Position numbers and translations under genes: made by a program | Notes under the pieces: generated by a model | Seen by the model: only the letters and a program-made list of their open reading frames with translations | Database searches by the model: none | Told to the model about the DNA's origin: nothing | Assembly: GCF_001194135.2 (NCBI RefSeq) | Contig: NC_068982.1 | Coordinates: forward strand, 134,534,191-134,580,645 | Reading direction: 5' to 3' | Source of the DNA: Octopus bimaculoides | Lineage: Eukaryota | DNA length: 46,455 nt | Shown: positions 35,792 to 44,700 of the stretch, one piece after another | Numbering within the stretch: the stretch's first letter is position 1 | Layout: the number at the start of each line of letters is the position of its first letter

Positions 35792-38700
35792 TACTCAAGG
35801 GTTGGGTTCAAAATTCTATCAGGCCACCTGATGAAGGCTGGAGAGTAAATCAGCCGAAATATTGTGGTAACATCAAACAAAATGAGGACACATATCCGTC
35901 CAATTTAAATGATGTACAGAATTCCTCATCTCTGAAATATAGAACAGTTAAAAAGATGTGTCAAGCTAAGTAAAACCACTGTTCTCCATTCAGGTGCCGG
36001 TGCCACATAAAGTGCACCCATGCCGGAGCTGCATAAATGCATCCATTCTGGTGGCACATAAAAAGTACCCAGTACAGTCTGCAAAATGGTTGGCATCAGG
36101 AAGGGCATCCAGCCATAAAAACCATGTCACAACAGACAACTGGAGTCTGGCCAACTCCATTTTCAGACCAGAAATGCATAGCGGTATTTCGTATGTCTTT
36201 ACGTTCTGAGTTCAAATTCCGCTGAGGTTGACTTTGCCTTTCATCCTTTTGGGGGTCGATAAATTAAGTACCAGTTGCGTACTGGGGTCGATCTAATCGA
36301 CTGGCCCCCTCTCCCAAAACTTCAAGCCTTGTGATTAGAGTAGAAAAGAATACAGTGGAAATGAGGTACCAAGTCAACAATGACAATGTACTACATTACT
36401 AGATGACTGTATACAATTCAGCTGGCTTAGTTTAGATTGAATAAGTGATATCATATTTTCTTCATCCAACTGTAAAATACTTGCTTCAGTATCCTTCATC
36501 ATTTGTAAAAGTCGTCATCTGTGCCAGTGGAGCGCTAACAGCACCGTCCGAGCATGGTCATTGCCAGAGCAGCTGTCTGGCTTCCGTGCCAGTGGCATGT
36601 AAATAGCACCATTTGAGTGGGATCGTCACCAGTGTCGTCTTACTGGCACTTGTGCTGGTAGCTCGTGAAAAAACATTCAAGCGAGGTCGTTGTCAATGCC
36701 ACTGGACTGACTCTTGTGCAGGTGGCACGTAAAAAACACCATTTTGAGCGTGACCATTGCCAGTACCGCCTGACTGGCACGTAAAAGCACCCACTACACT
36801 CTCGGAGTGGTTGATGTTAAGAAGGGCATCCAGCTGTAGAAATTCTGCCAGATCAGATTGGACCCTGGTGCAGCCATCTGGTTTGCCAGTCCTCAGTCAA
36901 ATCGTCCAACCCATGCTAGCATGGAAAGCGGACGTTAAACGATGATGATGATGATGATACAATGCATGTTGGCAGAGGTGGATCAACAGTATCATTACAA
37001 CATTGGAGAAAAGGTCTTGTAATATTTGTTTTGTGTTCAAATCCTACCATGGTCAATGTTGCTCTTCATCTTTTTGAGGTTGATAAAATAAAGCATCAGT
37101 CAAGTATTGGAGTAGATTCAATCAACTAAAGCTATTACTGCCAATCTCTGGCCATTTGCTATGTTAGAAATTATAATTATTATTATTAAGGTGGCAAGCT
37201 GGTAGAATCGTTAGGTGAAATGCTTGGCGGTATTTCGCCTGTCACTACGTTCTGAGTTCAAATTCTGCTGGGGTCAACTTTGCCTTTCATCCTTTCAGGG
37301 TCGATTAAATAAGTACCAGTTATGCACTGGGGTTGATGTAATTGACTTAATCCTTTCCCCCAAATATGAGGCCTTGTGCATCCAATAGAAAGGATTATTA
37401 TTAAGGTAGTGAGCTGGCAGAGTTGTTAGCAAGCTGGGTGAAATGCTCAGCGGTTTATTCGTCTGTCGCTACATTCTGGGTTCAAATTCTGCCAATATTG
37501 ACTTTGCCTTTTGTCCTTAATAAATTAATAATTTAAATACCAGTGAAACATTGGATTTGATGTAATTGACTAGTCCCCTCCCCACAAATTTCAGGTTTTG
37601 TGCTTTTAGTAGAGAGGATTATTACCTCCACCTTAGCGAAGACAGAGGTATTGTTTTCAGCTGTGTTTATTTGTTTGTCCATGGACAAGATATCTCAAGA
37701 ACTGCTGGATGAATTCGGATGAAACTTTCAGGGATGTTTGGCCTCGTGACTGCCACAAACTGATTAGATTTTGGGATCGATCTGGTACTGGGCAAGGATT
37801 CAGGATTATTTTTCAGGCTTTTAAAAAATTTTTGAGAGCGGTCAGGTTCATTTTGAGTATTCCCGTTTGAGAGCAGTCGAGTTTATTGCATTGAGAGGAC
37901 GTTGGTGTTGCCTTGATGGAGGTTTGTGGTCTCTGAGCGCTCTTGTTATTATTTTCAGAGTCAATTTCGTCTATCATCCATTTAGTTAAAATACTAGTGC
38001 TTTAGTAGGGATCAACCTAATTGACTATACCTTCTTCCCCATTATTTCATACTTTTATATTAATTCCCTATAATCTGCAGAACTGATCACCTGCCATAGC
38101 TATACACATAAGCATTATCTCCACTATCATAATCACTTTTATATTCAATTCTACCCAACTCTAACCCAAAGTAACACAGTTATTTTTACTCGTCTTTGTA
38201 CTCAAATCAATTCCTCAGTGAATCAGATGCAAGTACGAAGATTCGAAGAAAGTAAATTAAGAAAACATATCAGCAGAGTTATTGCCCTTGAACACTGAGG
38301 TTTGTACTTTGCAATAAGAATCTTACGAAAACCTTTTATTCCTTGGTGGATACTTCGAAGTATTCCTCGCTTTAGCAGGTATATTTACTTCTGAGAAATA
38401 TAAATACTAAAGCTTTTTCTTCATATCTACGTTGGTTATTGACTGCATTATTTGTCATCAGGTCAGAACTTGGCAGGATTTGAAATCAGTAGATTTCAAA
38501 CAAACTGTAAAAGAAAGTATTTAATCTAATAACTGTGTACCATTTCTACTAAGTTACCAACCTATTATCGTCATCTAAATATTCATTATCCCAAAAGAAC
38601 ACATCAAAGCACTTTTAAAGTCTCATTTTTCTCAGGATCTTACATGCTATTCATCATCATATTACGTCCGCATGTATAGGAGAGGTTGTCACGGTCGGAG

Positions 38701-41700
38701 TTAGTTCTTATTCAGAGTTATTGCCCTTGCAAAATCAGTTCTCGCGTGTACGTTTCATTAGTTGAGGGATGTTTAATTATAGGCAATTAAAAGGGGATCA
38801 TGAGTTCAAATTCACAGCAACTCTGTACAGGGCACAACATTCTGTGTCCCACAGGTTGTCTGGCAGTTAAAAAATAGGACAGGTGCTATGAGAAAAGTTT
38901 CTTGCCGGAAACAGGTATCCATCCATGGGAAGATGTCTTTCATTTATTTAGTTACAACTAAATTGAGAGATCATGCAGGACATAGATATCCTTCAGCTAC
39001 ATCATCGTTTAACGCCCGCTTTCCATGCTGGCATGGGTTGGACGATATGACTGAGGACTGACGAACCAGGCTCCAATCTATCTGGCAGAGTTTCTACAGC
39101 TGGATGCCCTTCCTAATGCCAACCACTCCGAGAGTGTAGTGGGTACTTTTACGTGCCACCAGCACGAGGGCCAGTCAGGCGGTACTGGCAACGGCCACAC
39201 TCAAATAATGTTTTTTATGTGCCACCTGCACAGGAATCAGTCCAGTGGCACTGGCAACGACCTTGCTTGAATGTTTTGTTCACGTTCCACCGGCACAAGT
39301 GCCAGTAGGGCGACGCTGGTAATGATCACGCTCAAATGGTGCTATTTACGTGCAACCGGCACAGAAGCCAGACAGCTGCTCTGGCAGTGATCCCACTCGG
39401 ATGGTGCTGTTAGTGCTCCACTGGCACGGATGCCATTAAAGGATTATCAATTGTTTTTTAATGTTATATACAAGGCATGGGTATGTGGTTAAAAAGTTTG
39501 CTTCCCAACCACATAGTTTTGGGTTCAATTTCACTGCATAGCACCTTCAGCAAGTGTCTTTTACTATAGTTAACAAAAGTCGTGCATACGGAATTGGTAG
39601 ATGGAAACTGTGTAGAAGCCTATTATGCGTGATGTGAAGGGTATGCATGCTTGTGTCTCCTTGTCTTGATGTCACATGGTAGCTGTAAATGAGTGTCATT
39701 GTCACTGATTTCCAATATTCTGTAGAAACGTGTTTGGCTATGGAGAAATAATAACTTGCTGGGAAATAGGTGAGGATCGATGACAATAGGGGCATCAGGC
39801 CATAGAAAATCTGCCTCAATAAACTCCGTCTGATCCATGCAAGCATGGAAAAATGGCCGTTAAAATTATAAGGATGCTGTTACCATTAGGATAACATAAT
39901 GGAGAGGATGTAAAAATCCAGTCAGTCTTTTAGAGCCTGCTTTTTTAGTTATACTAAGAATTAAATTATTTCTGAGTCAATGTTTCACCCTTTTTGATGA
40001 CAATTTGAATTGGCCAGCATCCCTTCTTAAATCTTTCACGTTGATATAAAAAAGAAGATGAAATTTAATTTTGAATTCCCAGCACTTTTCAAATGAATTT
40101 CTATCATCCTTGGTTGGGAAACATTGCTCCAAGAGGTTGAGGGGCTATCTTTCGATTTGATGTGAAGAGACGTCAGGTAAAAGCACATGGGTTTTGTTTA
40201 CATCTAATCGGCTAACCCTAACAGGTCGATTAGATGTAAACAAAACCCCATGTGCTTTTACTGTGGACTAACCATCAGACAAGTGGTGTTGTTCACTTCA
40301 TAATCTTCTGTGGGAACATGTCCAGCCATGGCGAAAATTATCTTGTTTGGAAGTGGGTTTGGGACAGCAAAAAGGGCATCCGGCCATAGAAAATCTGCAT
40401 CAATGAATTCCATCTGACCCATACTAACATGGAAAAGGTGAACGTTAAAACAATGATGATGAGGAGAAGGAAGAGGATGATGATGATGATGATGATGAAC
40501 ATACACAAAGGAGGAACCATGAACAGAGCATGGGTCGTTTATGAAAAACATACATGTGAATAACAAGTTGATTTAAATATTCCAATATTAGCATCAAAAG
40601 GATATTACAAAGTGCTTTAATAACGAGGATTTGTTTTTGGCAGAAAGTTTTCATGGCTGTTGGGTGAGAGACTGGTGGAGAAGCCTTTAGACTTTTGTGC
40701 AAAACAGTTAGAAGAGATTCTACAGATTTTTCTTGGTCTTTAAGCCAACTGTTTTCATTCAATTCCTAAAGAAAAAAACAGGATAGAAACCGTTCAATAG
40801 TTGTCATGTAAGGAAAAGGAATGAATATTCTTTAACCAAAAAGGGATTCTAGCTTGTCTGTTGGCAGTCTCATGATGATATTGTTAACCCATAAAACGCT
40901 AGGATTTGCACTTACATAGCATGGACTGCTGAGCACATTTTATGAAAAAGAGACTACCAACGCACACATAAAAAACAAAAAATAGTTAAAATATCTTCTT
41001 AGTATATAATGGTGGCAAGTTTTACATCATCTGAAAAGTCATTAATTGAACTATTACTCCTCTTGCATTCTGGGGGTATTGAAGCGTTTGAGTGACATTA
41101 GACCCTAACAAATGCCCATAAATTAAATGCATCTATTTGGGCCACGATCGTGGCCTGNNNNNNNNNNNNNNNNNNNNNNNNNNNNAATACTTGTATTTCA
41201 TTCTGAGAGAGGTGGTGAAAGTACCACAATAATTCAGCCTACAACATTCTTTCTGTCATTGGTATTTTACTAATCACGATTCTTTTAATCCAACAGGTAA
41301 GAATTTGTAATCAATACTCAATGCTAATGAAATGTTTGTTAGTTACACAGTAATATAATTTTGAACAGATTTTTTTCTCTTATTTTCAAATACAATGTAA
41401 TATAATTTTTTTAAGAATCTGGAATTTTGACAGAGAAAATAAAAAGATTTATGGAAGTAAAAGATTTTAGTTATAAACAGTATGAAATAGGACACAAGAA
41501 AATGGTTTAGATTTGTAAAATAGATAAAAAGAAAATGACAAGCAATATTTTATGTAAAGATGGTATTGAGACATTTAGTAATGTTGTTTAAGCAGTAATG
41601 AAAAAGTTTGATGAACCTCAAAATGGAAATAATAATGATAGTCATGACAATGATGATGATGATTATGATGGTATGGGACAGTGAATTATTGAGTATGTCA

Positions 41701-44700
41701 ATATCAATGATGTTTAGTAGTAGCAGTAATCGAAATTTTCAAATACCTCCAAAATTTCAATACACAATTCCAGAGCTCTGCAAGAGGCTTCAATCTCGGA
41801 ATCAAGCGATGATGAAATCCAGCTAGTCATAGCTTCAAGATGGAAGGCTGTGACATTCTTTGGTGCTGTTGGGTCATTGTATTGGGAGAGATCAAATAGA
41901 TAATAGCTGAGCATTTTCCGAATACTTCTGACCGAACAGAATGAAATGAAGAGTTCAAACACCTGAAAAGTTGAAAGAAAATTATTTAATGAGATGCTTA
42001 AGAAAAGAAGGACAAACACCACAGAATGGCTGATATGTCTAACATGGACCACGTCTGTGACCAAAATACAGGATGGTAGACAGATATCATACTTGGATTG
42101 TATTTTTATAAAGCAGCTTTCTCAAATGTAATTTCTAAAAATGGTGCAGGAGTGGCTGTGTGGTAAGTAGCTTGCTTTCCAACCACATGGTTCCGGGTTC
42201 AGTCCCACTGCGTGGTACCTTGGGCAAGTGTCTTCTACTATAGCCTTGGGCCAACCAAAGCCTTGTGAGTGGATTTGGTAGACGGAAACTGAAAGAAGCC
42301 CTTCCTATATATGCATGTGTGGCTGTGTTTGTCCCGCCAACATCGCTTGACAACCGATGGTGGTGTGTTTACGTTCCCGTAACTTAGCGGTTTGGCAAAA
42401 GAGACTGATAGAATAAGTACCAGGCTTCCAAAGAATAAGTCCTGGGGTCGATTTGCTTGACTAAAAGGCGGTGCTCCAGCATGGCAGCAGTCAAATGACT
42501 GAAACAAGTAAAACAGAAAATGTTATTTACACATTACTTAGTATCAGCTCATAGCAGGATTGTGTGAAAATGCTCATGTGAAGGTTAGTGACACCTGTTG
42601 GCAGGGCTCAATTAGTGTTAGTTGAAGGTAACAAGATAAAAGAATTACTCAACAAGCTAAGAGCATACCTTTGTAGCAGTCAGTGCAGAGCAACTTCCTA
42701 AAAGTACAAAGACTTCCTTCAATGATGCAGAAAGGTGAGTAAACCTGATGTAAAAATAAAATAAAATAGATAACTAGAAAATAAATAGAATAAATTAGAC
42801 CATGGAAGAACCATTTAATAACACACAGACCTGTTAAATTCAATTTAGATTTCAATTTATTTCATAAGTTTTTAAATTCTATATATTTTTTCCCCTCACT
42901 CTTTTGCAACTTGGTCACTGACACTGTTCTACTGTAATGGAACAGTTGTCAGGTTCGCAGTTTTGCAATGAAAATTTTGGTAGTAATGAGTATTATTATT
43001 AAATGGCTAGAGTCACTCTTACATGATGTCGTTACGTCAGTTCCTACACGCAATCTCAGATCAAGTCTCTTGCTAGACAGGCGCAACTCTAAACATAGAA
43101 AATAAATAGAATTAAAGAATCTACATAATTTCATAGACCATTGTTACCTGGAAAAATATATCATCACTATCATCAATGTAATAATCATTCTTCCCAGCAG
43201 GAATAGTTGAGACAGGTTCACAAGTTAACAAACATATACATACTTCACTTCAATGTCATCTCATCTGCTAAGTCTATTTCAGGTTTGTCCTAATTCTTTC
43301 TTCTCTAGTCTATATTTGTCTGTTGCAAGTCAAACCTTTGTGCTGGATTTGGTCAGACATTTTAAAGTATTTCCATCAACACAATATGCCTTTTTTTTCA
43401 CTGATTACAATGAATAAAATAACTAAATGATTAAGAAAATATAGTGTCAGGTAGTTACTGGTAATAGTAGCAATTAGTTAGAGAGGCATGTACAAAGAAG
43501 AAAACTGATATCTGTTGAGATTTATGATAAAAAATATTCTTTTCATAAACAAACAAAAACGCTGTCATTACTACAAACACCAAAAGAATTTGAATGTTAC
43601 TGTTCTTGGTGTGATTGTAACAGCAATCAAAGTGTGGTAAGTTGGTGCTGGTGTTGCTATCATTCATTGTTTAGCTGCTGTCAGCTTGGGTCAGCAGCTG
43701 TGTGCATCTGTTCGCTGTCTATCTGCTGTTTCTCAATGCTCCCTGTCTAAGTAGCTAAGGTGTACTGAATTTATATTGATGGTTAGGCTCAGAAAGAAGT
43801 GTTCCAAAAGATTAAATGGTTACTAGAGCCAGTTCCACACAAAGTCCTCATTGGTCAGATCTTTTTCTATCATGTGAGTAATATTCTAGCAAGTTGCGAC
43901 ATCGGATATAGTGATCTGATTACTGAATATTCCCACTACAGGCACAACACCTTAGATTTATAAGACTGAGGGACTGTGATGTGGTTACATTCATTATGTT
44001 TCCAAAATTACAAACAGAACAAGTTAAATGAAATGGCTTTAAACAGGGGCACCAGTTTGATTGCGTGGTCCTTTAGTTCTCTTCACAATCAGGTAGTTCC
44101 AACCAAAAACGACATGGGTGGGAAGTGAACTGACAACAAAACAAACATTCAGTTACAGATCAACAATTCTACTTACACTGCAAGGAGCTGCTGTATTTTG
44201 GAATTCTTCATCATATCAATAAATAAATCAATGGCATAGAGACGACTGGTTCCTGATTCACCATTAATAACAATATTAAACATCATCTTGAACGTCTGGT
44301 TGATGTTGTTGGCATTGAACAGCTGACAACAAAATTGGGAGTAAATGAGAAACAAATATTTATTTGGTAAAATAAAGAATATGGAATAATCTAGAAACAG
44401 AATCTCTGATAATTCATTTTAGAAAATATAAACATGTGTAGATCAATCTCTTTTTCATTTGACTCTATGTAAGTGTGAATATATCCATATACAAAAGATA
44501 CACACAATACAAGACCTTTGCTTCCTCAAAGGTAACTGGTTTTGTATCACATCCACACTAGCACTCCTAACCCTTTCATCTCTTCCTCCTCCTCCTCTTG
44601 CCACCAATATTGTATCCCACCCCAATCTCAAAACCCAACATTGATCATTATACCTAGTCCTTCCACCTCAGAATATTGAAATTCTTATGCTGTATATATA

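Larger units (their letters stand above)
33298..40605 (-). other. U12-type (minor spliceosome) AT-AC intron, 7308 nt
   Basis: 5' splice site ATATCCTTTT (40605-40596); branch site CCTTAAC (33313-33307) followed by 9 nt aggttcaac ending in AC at 33298; the junction TGT A|AT ATC TGC is in frame. Confidence 0.92.

Noticed and set aside
38450-38520. Strong acceptor-like ttttcttttacag on the minus strand
   Set aside because: Stops in all three frames within ~50 nt and not needed for the gene model.
33298-40608. GT-AG reinterpretation of the AT-AC intron
   Set aside because: The GT at 40608 is phase 1 and the nearby AG needs phase 0, causing a frameshift; the U12 consensus at both ends fits exactly.
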